Source: an uncultured Armatimonadetes bacterium (lineage in GTDB: Bacteria > Armatimonadota > Hebobacteria > Hebobacterales > Hebobacteraceae). Taken from it: DNA of 64,000 nucleotides. Position 1 is the stretch's first letter; the number at the start of each line of letters is the position of its first letter. A program made the translations under genes and the position numbers. The notes under the pieces are model-generated. The model was given only the letters and a program-made list of their open reading frames with translations, ran no database searches and was not told the origin of the DNA. The stretch lies in assembly GCA_963716175.1 (NCBI GenBank), contig OY970296.1, positions 576,001-640,000 on the forward strand. The letters run 5' to 3'. This document shows, one piece after another, positions 30,009-38,668 of the stretch.

Positions 30009-31370
30009 TCACCCGCCCCAGAACCGGTGCCTCGGTCGAGCCATCTCGGCCTGCATTTCCGCGAACTCGGGCCGGGCCATCATCTCGCGGGCGAACCGCA
30101 GGGCCGCCTGCCAGGACTGTGTACGGTGGTCGTCCAGGATGATGGCCATCAGGGTGCGCTCGTCCGGGTGGAGCGACATGGCCACGATCTGCTCCGCCAT
30201 CTGCAGCCTGGGCAGGAGAATGTTGCGCATTAACACATCGGGCAGCTTCCCGATGTGGAGAGGTTGAATGCCGCGCCGGGAGCAGACCGCAGGCACCTCC
30301 ACCACCACATCGTGTGGTATCCCCTCGATGGCGCCGCGATTGGGCACATTGACTTGGAGCTCCACCCGGTTGTCATTCCACAACGCGTCAATAAGAGGGA
30401 AATGCTGCTCGTGGGTCGGCCGCGGTGGGAAGACCTCAGTCAGCTTCTTGGAGGCATCCGCCACCGCCGAGTGGACGAGGCCGACCTCCTCGTCCAGATC
30501 CTTGAGGTATTCGCTCCACCCCAGCTCCGAGTCGAACCCGCCCAGGGGCTCGCCGTACCACTTCCGCTTCGTCGCCAGATCGGTGTGGTGCCACCAGCCC
30601 CCCGCCCGGGGCGTATCGCCTACAGGAAACAGCCCCGCCAGCTTGTACAGCTCCACCGCCGCCCGAGACATCTGGTTGTCCCCATAGCTGGGGTGGTAGT
30701 CGCGCCAGAACGCCTCCGATTTATGCTCGATCCACTCGTCCAGCAGCGGGTAGGCGTCCTGCCCATCGTACTCGAAGTCGGTGAGATAGATCACGTGGTT
30801 GAACCCCACCATCTGCGCCCGCACCCGGTTGGGATCCAGCCCCAGGGTCTCGGCGATTTCGCGATAGCCGTAGTGACCGTGGCAGATACCGCACACCTGG
30901 ATGCCGGTGGCCCGCGTCATGGCCGTGCAGCCCTCGAAGACCGGGTTTCCGGCCTGGATCAGCCAGGCCTGTGGGCAGCCGCGTTCCATATCCCGCGCCA
31001 CCGACAACATCAGCCTGACATTCAGGCACTGGCCCAGCCGAAAGCCACGATAATACCCCTGCGCCTCCGTCCAGGCCCGCAGCGCCTCCACCCCCGTGTG
31101 CCCCCCCACCTGCGCCGTGTTGATGACGAAATCCGCTTCTCTCAGCGCCACCTCGCGGTCTGTAGTGCGGGCGAAACTCACCTTCGCACCCAGCTCGCCG
31201 GTGTAACGCTGGGCGAAGCGGTGCATCACCTCGACCCGGTCCTGGTCCACATCCATGAGAGTGACCAGGCTTCCCGCCAGGCTCTCGGCCAGGCAGATGT
31301 CCCGCACCAGTCCGACCGAGAAGGTCGCGCTCCCCGCTCCAATCACGCTCAGCTTGATGGCACGCGCCAC
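30009..31370 (-). CDS. Family 4 glycoside hydrolase (alpha-glucosidase/glucuronidase-like)
   Basis: KLSVIGAGSATF, GYYRG, QAGNPVFEG, GICHGH, GFNH and GGFDS. Confidence 0.9.
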   Translation of the reverse strand: MARAIKLSVIGAGSATFSVGLVRDICLAESLAGSLVTLMDVDQDRVEVMHRFAQRYTGELGAKVSFARTTDREVALREADFVINTAQVGGHTGVEALRAWTEAQGYYRGFRLGQCLNVRLMLSVARDMERGCPQAWLIQAGNPVFEGCTAMTRATGIQVCGICHGHYGYREIAETLGLDPNRVRAQMVGFNHVIYLTDFEYDGQDAYPLLDEWIEHKSEAFWRDYHPSYGDNQMSRAAVELYKLAGLFPVGDTPRAGGWWHHTDLATKRKWYGEPLGGFDSELGWSEYLKDLDEEVGLVHSAVADASKKLTEVFPPRPTHEQHFPLIDALWNDNRVELQVNVPNRGAIEGIPHDVVVEVPAVCSRRGIQPLHIGKLPDVLMRNILLPRLQMAEQIVAMSLHPDERTLMAIILDDHRTQSWQAALRFAREMMARPEFAEMQAEMARPRHRFWGG

Positions 31371-31401
31371 TGCTTCCTCCTTGAAACACCAAGTCGCACG
31401 G

Positions 31402-31418
31402 TGTCATTCCGAGCGAGG
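31402..31418. repeat. Half copy of the TGTCATYCYGAG element
   Basis: TGTCATTCCGAGCGAGG; it supplies the TGA stop of the oxidoreductase on the minus strand. Confidence 0.5.
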
Positions 31419-32279
31419 CACCTCATCTACCGCTACCGTCCGCCCGCTCTCGAACGATCTCTGCATCGCCGCCAGCACCGCCACCGGCCGCAGGTAGCTG
31501 GCCGGCGGCACCGGCTCCACTTTGGTCTCGAACATCCGGCAGAAGCGGCGGATCCCCTCCAGGTAGAGGTTCTCATCGAAGGCCAGTGCCCCGTGGTGCA
31601 CTGTCTGCTCGCCATAGGCGGTAGCAGTGAAGTCGTGGCGCCAGCCGTCCAAGCAGTGCACCACCCCGAAGGCGCCGGAATCGAAGGCGATGGTGGCGAC
31701 GCCATCTGACCCCTGCCGCGAGGTGGAGACCGATAACGGCCGGCCCTCCACCAATCCGAGCATGAGATCCACCTGGTGGATGCCGTAGAAGTAGACGCCT
31801 CCGTACTGGCTCTCGATCTCGACCGGCCCGGCGGTGACCAGGCAGCGCAGCCGACCCAGCCCCTTCATCGCCTCGCCGAAGTTCCGCGCCGACTGCTGCA
31901 GGGGGAGCACGCTGTAGCTGGTGATCGGCACCCGCTTGGCCCGCGCCAGCCGCACGAACTCGAGGCCTTCCTTCAGGTCAATACAGAACGGCTTGTCCAC
32001 AAAGACCGGTATACCCGCCTCTACATACGGCCGGGCGGCGGGCAGGTGGTGTTTGGCATGACGGTGGTCTACTACCACGGCCTCCACCAGGCCGACCATA
32101 CCATCGGGGGCCTCCACGATGTTCTGGATGCTGCCCTCCTGTGCCGCCTTGGCGGCGAACTCGGGCGTCTCCCCCCAGACATGCGTGACCTCGAAACCTG
32201 GCATCGCTTGGTCCCTGTTCAAGGTCTTGGCGATAGCGATGGTATGGCTGTTCTCAGCACCGACAATGCCGATCCGCAT
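31404..32279 (-). CDS. Gfo/Idh/MocA family oxidoreductase
   Basis: MRIGIVGAENSH, PVFVDKP and FYGIH. Confidence 0.88.
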   Translation of the reverse strand: MRIGIVGAENSHTIAIAKTLNRDQAMPGFEVTHVWGETPEFAAKAAQEGSIQNIVEAPDGMVGLVEAVVVDHRHAKHHLPAARPYVEAGIPVFVDKPFCIDLKEGLEFVRLARAKRVPITSYSVLPLQQSARNFGEAMKGLGRLRCLVTAGPVEIESQYGGVYFYGIHQVDLMLGLVEGRPLSVSTSRQGSDGVATIAFDSGAFGVVHCLDGWRHDFTATAYGEQTVHHGALAFDENLYLEGIRRFCRMFETKVEPVPPASYLRPVAVLAAMQRSFESGRTVAVDEVPRSE

Positions 32280-32288
32280 GGCTCTCTC

Positions 32289-33020
32289 CTAACTGAAAAT
32301 CCGCGCTGCGTTGTCCCAGTAGATCTTGCGTTTCACTTGCTCCGATAGCTCCGACGACTCGATGGCGCCGATGGCCACTCCCGGATGGAATAAGCTGCAA
32401 TCGGTCCCGAAGACGACCCGGTCCCCGCCGAATAGCTCCACCGCGAGCTCGTATCTCCCCGGCTCGGCCATACTAGTGATCGGGTCCACATACACGTTGC
32501 TCGGTATCTCCCGGCCTGCGAACACCTCGCACTCGCGCCAATCGGGCCCTGCCAGGTGGGCGAGGATAATCGGGGCATCATAGCCAACCGCCAGGTCCAT
32601 GGCGGCCTGCATGGAGGCCACCGAGTAGGCGTGAAGCAGGGCCGGCAGCCGCCGGCCCCGGATGGCGGCGAAAATCTCGCGGTAGCCGCGGTGGTGATAG
32701 AGCAGGCCATGATAGACATCCCGGCTCTTGACCCCGATGAACTTGGGATGCTCGGCTCGCACCTCCACCTCGCGGATCGACTCCGCCGGGCGATAGGGGT
32801 CAACGTAGATGTAACCGTACAGCATCTCGTGCCCCTCGATCGCTTCCTGGGTCTCCTGGTTTCCGGCGACGAAGTCGGCGAGCAGCGCGTGCACCGAGCT
32901 CACGACTGCTCTCTCGATGCCTGCCGTCTGCAACAGGGCGACCAGGTCGGCCGCCGTCCACTTCCTGATGGGGATGTTGTTCCAGGGCCCGAAGTGGGCG
33001 TGGGCGTCGAACCTCCTCAT
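32289..33020 (-). CDS. Amidohydrolase_2 family protein
   Basis: FDAHAH, LLH, ILAHLAG and RVVFGTD; ends WDNAARIF. Confidence 0.88.
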   Translation of the reverse strand: MRRFDAHAHFGPWNNIPIRKWTAADLVALLQTAGIERAVVSSVHALLADFVAGNQETQEAIEGHEMLYGYIYVDPYRPAESIREVEVRAEHPKFIGVKSRDVYHGLLYHHRGYREIFAAIRGRRLPALLHAYSVASMQAAMDLAVGYDAPIILAHLAGPDWRECEVFAGREIPSNVYVDPITSMAEPGRYELAVELFGGDRVVFGTDCSLFHPGVAIGAIESSELSEQVKRKIYWDNAARIFS

Positions 33021-33755
33021 CGCTTGTCCCCCAGAACGCGGCGAGCGTTGTCCCATCCCACTAGCTCGGTCTCCTCGGCGGCCAGGCCCGAGCCGCGCAG
33101 CACCATGGCCGACGAACCCACGTTGAGACCAGGATACCCCGAGCCCCACAGCATCCGCTGGACGGAGAAGGCGTCCGCAATCACCTCCAGGCCATCGGCC
33201 GTGAAGACCCCACTCACCTCGACGTAGACCATGGGGAGGGAGTCGGCCAACGCCAGCAGTTCCCCCATGACGTGATAGGTGTTATTGGTCAGGATGAAGC
33301 TGCCCTCTCTCCCTCGCAGCAGGTGCGCCAGTGCGGTGGTCTGACCCGGCGCGTTCGGCAGCATCACCGGCATCCCAGCCTCAGCATAGGCCTCGACCAG
33401 CCGGGCGCAGGCGGCACTGTCTATGCCGTACTCGTGGAACTCCGGGAACAGCCTCACCATGGCGAAGCCCTGCTGCCGTGCCCGCGCCGCGTCTTGCGGA
33501 GACCAGACGCCGGTGGGACAGGCCACTGCGACCGGGCGGAAGAAGTCGTCCTGGGCACAGAGCTCCAGCGTCTGCTGGTTTCCGTATTCGCAATCGAAGA
33601 GCATGGCGGTGAAGCTGCAGGTGTAGGCGCGCACCACCCCCCAGCGCTGGCCCGCGCTTCACCTGCTCCGGCCGGGTCATCACGCCGCGGCGCGGGTTGT
33701 AGCCGAACCGCGTATTGATGTCCACCAGTCCCTTGACGCTCGCCTGCTCGGTCAC
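33017..33755 (-). pseudogene. Amidohydrolase-fold protein with one apparent frameshift near 33650
   Basis: N-terminal MTEQ...VDINTRFG lies in one frame; the rest (VRLFPEFH, RMLWGSGYP, WDNARRVL) lies in another. Metal-binding His residues are degenerate. Confidence 0.7.
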
Positions 33756-33757
33756 TA

Positions 33758-34894
33758 TCAGTGGGCCCCCAGTGCCTTCACCGTCTCGTAGGCGGCGCGG
33801 AAGTGCTCAAGCGGCGTCCTCGGCGCCACGTTGTTGCCTTCGTTGAAGACATATCGGCGCCCTTCCTTCACCCCGCTCCGCAGGATCTCCGCGGTCTTCT
33901 CCTGGATGAGAGAGATGGGTCCATCGCGCAGTATCATGGGATGCAGGTTGCCGCGCAGCAGCGCCCCCGGCCCCAGGTCGCGGCGCACCTGCCCCAGGTC
34001 CACCGGGAAGCCGAGGTCGAAATCCTGGATGTTGAGTTCTTTCTGGAGCAGGGGCAGCAGCCGCTGCACGTTACCGCAGAGGTGGATGGAGTTCGGCCCG
34101 CCCCTGGAGAAAGCGGCGAGCAAGCGCCGGTGGTGGGGGAGCACGAACTCACGGTACTGGGACTCTGATAGCAGCGAAATGCTGTCATCTGCAAAACCCC
34201 AACCCGCCTGTGGGAACTCCGTCTGGTTGAACTCCATCACCGCCTGAATGCGCGCGATGGTGGCCTCCGTGACGAACTCCAGCAGCTCCCGCGCATAGGC
34301 CGGGTCCTCATATAGATCCAGGCACAGCTCTGTGGTGCCGCGCAGATTGCAGGCCACGGTGAAGGGCCCATCCGTGCCCCCGCCGCACAGGCTCGAGCGC
34401 CCCACCGGCCGTCCCGCGAAATCCTCCCGCTTGCGCCTCTCCTCGAGATAGTGATAGCACTCCAGCGCCCGGCCCTGCACCCGGTCATGCACCGGGTCCG
34501 GGATGGCAAGGGAGGCGAGATCGCCCTTGTGCTCTCGCAGCATAGGCCAGGAATCGGGCACCTCCCCTTCGTGATACACGAGCCGGCAGCCGAACCATTC
34601 CGCCTCCGCGGTGTTCTGGTAGTCCGGGCTCAGCCCGGGCCACTCCTCGGGAAGGCCCAGCTCCGCGTCCTGGATGGGCTGCTCCCGAACCCATTTCTCG
34701 AACTCTAGCTGGACCTCCCATTGCACCGCCGGGTCCTCGAAGTACTGCCGAAAGGAGTAGGCCCGCGGGTTCAGCCGAGGGGTCAGCAGCCAGAACTGCT
34801 TGCTGAAGTTCCACTGGCAGGGGACGCGCGCCGGTCGGCCCTGGTCGAAGTCCCTCCACAGCCGCGCCACTTCCTGGTTATGCTCCTCGATCAT
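33758..34894 (-). CDS. URO-D/MtaA-CmuA-fold protein
   Basis: DGPFTVACNLRG, ADD...LLS..QYREFVLP, IHLCG, LRGNLHP and TPLEH. Start moved to ATG 34894. Confidence 0.88.
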   Translation of the reverse strand: MIEEHNQEVARLWRDFDQGRPARVPCQWNFSKQFWLLTPRLNPRAYSFRQYFEDPAVQWEVQLEFEKWVREQPIQDAELGLPEEWPGLSPDYQNTAEAEWFGCRLVYHEGEVPDSWPMLREHKGDLASLAIPDPVHDRVQGRALECYHYLEERRKREDFAGRPVGRSSLCGGGTDGPFTVACNLRGTTELCLDLYEDPAYARELLEFVTEATIARIQAVMEFNQTEFPQAGWGFADDSISLLSESQYREFVLPHHRRLLAAFSRGGPNSIHLCGNVQRLLPLLQKELNIQDFDLGFPVDLGQVRRDLGPGALLRGNLHPMILRDGPISLIQEKTAEILRSGVKEGRRYVFNEGNNVAPRTPLEHFRAAYETVKALGAH

Positions 34895-35021
34895 CTCTTG
34901 CCCAGCTCCTTCGCCATCCGGTGGAGCCCTGCGCCCGCCCTTCTTCTGCGCAGGCCCGGCAGCACCTCTGTTCGCGGGCGAAGGAGGAAGACTGCACAAG
35001 GAGTTGCGCCTACGCGGGTTG

Positions 35022-35030
35022 AATCTACCA
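35022..35030 (-). promoter_or_regulatory. Possible extended -10 (TGgTAGATT) for the URO-D/GH4 operon
   Basis: Found on the minus strand in the divergent intergenic region. Confidence 0.4.
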
Positions 35031-35058
35031 CTCAAAATTCACCCACAGGGAGGCGAGG

Positions 35059-35811
35059 ATGCCACGAATTCCCATCGCGCTGCAGCTCTATTCAGTGCGA
35101 AAAGACTGTGAGAGGGATCTTCCGGGAACCCTCAAAGCAGTGGCCAAGATGGGCTACGAGGGAGTAGAGTTTGCCGGCTACTACGACCGGTCCGCCGCTG
35201 AGCTTCGGAAAATGGTGGATGATCTGGGCCTGAAGGTGGCAGGCACGCACATCGGTCTGGAGACTCTGCTCGGCGATCAGCTCGCCGCCAGCGTCGAGTT
35301 CAACCAGGCTATCGGCAACAAGTTCCTGATCGTGCCCGGCCTCTCCAAGGAGCACACCGGCAGCCGTGCCGCCTGGCTCAAGACGGCCCAGACGTTCAAC
35401 GCGATCGCGGACAAGCTTAAGCCCAGGGGCATGTACACCGGCTATCACAACCACCACACTGAGTTCACGCCCATGGAGGGAGAGCTTCCCTGGGACACTT
35501 TCTTCGGGAACACCAAGGCGGAAGTGGTGATGCAGGTTGATGCTGGCAACGCCCTTCACGGCAATGCTGACCCAGTCCCGTTCCTGGAGAAGTACCCCGG
35601 CCGCGCCCTCACCGTCCACCTCAAGGAATACTCCAAGAGCAATGACAAGGCCATCATCGGGGAGGGCGACGTGCGCTGGAACGACCTCTTCCGGCTGTGC
35701 GAGTCCACGGGCAAGACCCAGTGGTACATTGTGGAGCAGGAGAGCTACGCCTATCCCCCGCTGGAGTGCTGCGAGCGCTGCCTCAAAGCCCTCAAGGCCA
35801 TGGGCAAGTGA
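35059..35811 (+). CDS. Sugar phosphate isomerase/epimerase (xylose-isomerase-like TIM barrel)
   Basis: ALQLYSVR, GYEGVEFAG, GYHNH, VHLKE and YIVEQE. Confidence 0.92.
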   Translation: MPRIPIALQLYSVRKDCERDLPGTLKAVAKMGYEGVEFAGYYDRSAAELRKMVDDLGLKVAGTHIGLETLLGDQLAASVEFNQAIGNKFLIVPGLSKEHTGSRAAWLKTAQTFNAIADKLKPRGMYTGYHNHHTEFTPMEGELPWDTFFGNTKAEVVMQVDAGNALHGNADPVPFLEKYPGRALTVHLKEYSKSNDKAIIGEGDVRWNDLFRLCESTGKTQWYIVEQESYAYPPLECCERCLKALKAMGK

Positions 35812-35871
35812 TCTGCGGGGCGGGCGTTGCTCCGCCTGCCCGCAGCCGCCGTGCGGAAGTGCGACGACACT

Positions 35872-35903
35872 GTGAAGGGCGCCCCAGGCGCCCTTCACTT
35901 TCT
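35872..35903 (+). terminator. Intrinsic terminator
   Basis: GTGAAGGGCGCC-CCA-GGCGCCCTTCAC, a perfect 12-bp stem followed by TTTCT. Confidence 0.7.
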
Positions 35904-36089
35904 CCTGCCCTTTCCTGACCCGACGCCGGCCCAAGAGCAGGCGAGAGAGGCGATTCCTCGCTTGCTGGAGTCTTCCAGCCGGATGAGGTAGTCTCTACTG
36001 CCCAGCATGGGCCTGAGGCTGACCCGCGGGTGCGGAGGGAGGTTCGTCCGCAGCCGCGGTAGGGGCTGCCGTGGGAGAGGGCAGGGACT

Positions 36090-36611
36090 ATGGGTGCGGA
36101 TGACGCTCAGCAGGGACCGCCTCGTGCAGGGCGGGCGAGAACGGCGCGGGACTGGGTCTGGCTGGCCGTAGTCTGGGGTCGGGTGCTGGTCGGCCTGGCG
36201 CTGGCGACGACGGGTGGCGTGGTGTTCGGCCATGCGTGGACTACTGCCTATTCTCCGTGGTGGTGGGTTGGGGCAATCACCCTACTGACCGGTCTGCTCT
36301 TGGTTCTTTCCGCGATCTACGCGCGCAGTCGCCCGGAGGGGTCGGCGGTGCCCAAACTGACACTGCCGGAGAGGCCCACGGACGATGCAGCGCCTACGGT
36401 GCCGCTGCTGGGAGCCCTGCTGGTCTACAAGTACCAGTTCATCTCGCAGCAGCAGCTTAACCGCGCGCTGGAGGAGCAGCGCAAGCAGCGAAAAGACAAA
36501 CGTCTTCTGGGAGAGCTGCTGGTGGAGAGCCGCCTGATCACCGCTGCTCAACTGCGAGAGGTGCTGGACTTCCAGCATTCGATCGCGGAGAAAAGGCGCC
36601 GCCGGTCATAG
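36090..36611 (+). CDS. Two-TM membrane protein with a C-terminal MshEN-like tandem motif
   Basis: Two TM helices, then LLGALLV...ISQQQLNRALEEQ and RLLGELLV...ITAAQLREVLDFQ. Confidence 0.7.
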   Translation: MGADDAQQGPPRAGRARTARDWVWLAVVWGRVLVGLALATTGGVVFGHAWTTAYSPWWWVGAITLLTGLLLVLSAIYARSRPEGSAVPKLTLPERPTDDAAPTVPLLGALLVYKYQFISQQQLNRALEEQRKQRKDKRLLGELLVESRLITAAQLREVLDFQHSIAEKRRRRS

Positions 36612-37214
36612 GCCCTCCTCCCGCGCCACTTCCTCAATGCTGCGCCCGGTGAGCGCGGACTCGGGCCGATCTCGCGACACCTCCCGGCCCTCCTCCGCCT
36701 CCGAGTCCCTCATCTTCACCAGAATCCAGCGCTCCCTCCCCCTCGCATCTTTGGCGACCCGGGTGAGTGCGTAGGCGCCCTTGAGCTTGGTCCCGGCCAA
36801 GCGGACCCGCAAATGGCCGCGCTCGATCGCCTCCGCCGCGGGCGTGATCTCATCGGTTTGCTGGGTGATGTTCTGGTAGCGGCCGATATCCCAGACCAGG
36901 ACGGTCCCGCCTCCGTACTCGCCCTGCGGGATCACCCCCTCGAAATCCGCGTACTCGAGGGGATGGTCCTCTACCCGCATCGCCAGCCGCTTAGCTCGCG
37001 GGTCGGTGGAGGGGCCCTTGGGCACCGCCCACGATTTCAGCACGCCATCCACCTCCAGCCGGAAATCATAGTGGAGCCGGCTGGCGGCGTGTTTCTGCAC
37101 CACGAAGATCGTCTCTCCCGCGTCCCTCGGCCGGCCCCCGGCCGGCTCCGGCGTCTTCCCGAAATCGCGCTTGCGCTGGTACGCTGTGAGCGCATCTGCT
37201 CTGACATCGGCCAT
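36606..37214 (-). CDS. Stand-alone LigD-type 3'-phosphoesterase (PE) domain protein
   Basis: YQRKRDFGKTPEP, FVVQKHAASRLHYDFRLE, SWAVPKGPS, VEDHPLEY and YGGGTV..WD. Start moved to ATG 37214. Confidence 0.93.
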   Translation of the reverse strand: MADVRADALTAYQRKRDFGKTPEPAGGRPRDAGETIFVVQKHAASRLHYDFRLEVDGVLKSWAVPKGPSTDPRAKRLAMRVEDHPLEYADFEGVIPQGEYGGGTVLVWDIGRYQNITQQTDEITPAAEAIERGHLRVRLAGTKLKGAYALTRVAKDARGRERWILVKMRDSEAEEGREVSRDRPESALTGRSIEEVAREEGL

Positions 37215-37228
37215 AGGCTGGCTGCCTG

Positions 37229-37798
37229 CTAGAGCTCCCTTTGCCTTCCGATCAGCGTCAGGAACTCCTGCCTGGTGGCGTATGACTCGCGGAACGTGCC
37301 CAGCACCGATGATGTCACCATCATCGAGTTCTGCTTCTCCACCCCTCGCATCATCATGCACAGATGCCGGGCCTCGATCATCACGCCCACGCCTTGGGCG
37401 CGGACGTGGTTCATGATGGCATGCGCAATCTGCTCCGTCAACCGCTCCTGGATCTGCAGCCTCCGCGAGAACAGATCGGCCAAGCGCGCCAGCTTGCTCA
37501 CCCCGACCACCATGCCGTCGGGGATATAGCCGATGTGGCAGCGACCATAGAACGGCAACAGATGATGCTCACACAGACTGTAGATCTCGATGTCCCGCAC
37601 GATCACCATGCTGTCCGCGGCCTGCGCGAAGCAGGCCCCGCGGATCAGGGCTTCAGGGTCCGCGCCATGCCCCGAGGTGAGAAACGCCAGCGTCGCCGCC
37701 AGTCGCTCCGGGGTCTTCGCCAGGCCCTCCCGATCCGGGTCTTCGCCCAGCTCAATCAACAGCTCCCGCAGCAGACCTTTGACCTTATCACGGTCCAT
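37229..37798 (-). CDS. folE: GTP cyclohydrolase I
   Basis: GEDPDREGL..TPER, SLCEHHLLPF, SKLAR, RRLQIQERLT and HLCMMMRGV. Confidence 0.97.
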   Translation of the reverse strand: MDRDKVKGLLRELLIELGEDPDREGLAKTPERLAATLAFLTSGHGADPEALIRGACFAQAADSMVIVRDIEIYSLCEHHLLPFYGRCHIGYIPDGMVVGVSKLARLADLFSRRLQIQERLTEQIAHAIMNHVRAQGVGVMIEARHLCMMMRGVEKQNSMMVTSSVLGTFRESYATRQEFLTLIGRQREL

Positions 37799-38309
37799 CG
37801 GCGATCTCCTTCCTCAGAAGCTCGGTGTAGCGGGTCAGCGGCTTCATCCGCTCCCTTGGCAGCGCGGCCGCCACCTCCGCGATGGGCACGCCCGACCCGG
37901 GGAGAGCCAGCGACGGCGCCAGCTCGTGCAGGGGAATGGCGAGAAACGGCCGGTGCGCGATCTCTGGGTCTGGCAGCGTGAGCTCATCGGTCGCCGCCAC
38001 CAGATCATCGTACAGGATCAGATCCAGGTCAATGGTCCGCGGCGCGTACCTGTCAGAGCTGCGCTGCCGCCCCAGCTCCTGTTCGATCTGCCGCAGCACG
38101 CTCCGCTTGAACTCCAGGGCGGGCAGCTCCGTTTCGACCTCCACCACGCAGTTGTAGTACGGGGGCTGCTCGCGCCCGCCCTCCGGTTCGGCCTCGTAGA
38201 CAGTCGAGACCGCCAAAACGCGCGCTCGGCGGCCCAGCAGCCGTATCGCCTTGCTCACGTTCTCCGCCGGGTCAGTGTTCGACCCCACGCCGACGAAGGC
38301 CCGCGCCAC
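37788..38309 (-). CDS. folK: 6-hydroxymethyl-7,8-dihydropterin pyrophosphokinase
   Basis: FVGVGSN, YYNCV, IEQELGR, PRTIDLDLILY and RPF...PL. Confidence 0.93.
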   Translation of the reverse strand: MARAFVGVGSNTDPAENVSKAIRLLGRRARVLAVSTVYEAEPEGGREQPPYYNCVVEVETELPALEFKRSVLRQIEQELGRQRSSDRYAPRTIDLDLILYDDLVAATDELTLPDPEIAHRPFLAIPLHELAPSLALPGSGVPIAEVAAALPRERMKPLTRYTELLRKEIADGP

Positions 38310-38311
38310 TG

Positions 38312-38668
38312 CTAGCTCGCCCGCGCCCGCGTGATCTCCACACCCACGCTTCTGGCGAACCGCAGCGCCGAGGGCTTCTCCACTCTCACCACCGCCTCCG
38401 CCACCGCCGCGTGCTCGAGGCAGATCCCTGCCACCGCCTCCGCCAGGGCCTCCACCAAGTGGTACTGCGACCCTTCCACCATGCTCACGATCCGCTTCTT
38501 GAGGGCGCGGTAATCCACTGTCTCCTCAAACCGGTCGCTGCTTCCGGCCTTGCGCAGATCGGTGGAGAGAGCCAGGTTGATCACCACCTCCTGCTTCTCT
38601 CTGCGCTCCTCCTCGTCGACGCCGAGGATGCAGCGCGCCCGCAGGTCGCTAATGAGGATTCGGTCCAC
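38312..38668 (-). CDS. folB: Dihydroneopterin aldolase/epimerase (FolB/FolX family)
   Basis: T-fold motifs: ILGV..EER, TVDY, LVEALAE and VEKPSALRFARSV. Confidence 0.85.
   Translation of the reverse strand: MDRILISDLRARCILGVDEEERREKQEVVINLALSTDLRKAGSSDRFEETVDYRALKKRIVSMVEGSQYHLVEALAEAVAGICLEHAAVAEAVVRVEKPSALRFARSVGVEITRARAS

Noticed and set aside
28940-34894. hemE (haem biosynthesis) assignment for the URO-D-fold genes
   Set aside because: The HemE MRQAGR motif is absent and there are no tetrapyrrole genes nearby.
36606-37214. Complete NHEJ system
   Set aside because: Only the PE domain is present; Ku, ligase and polymerase domains are not in the window.
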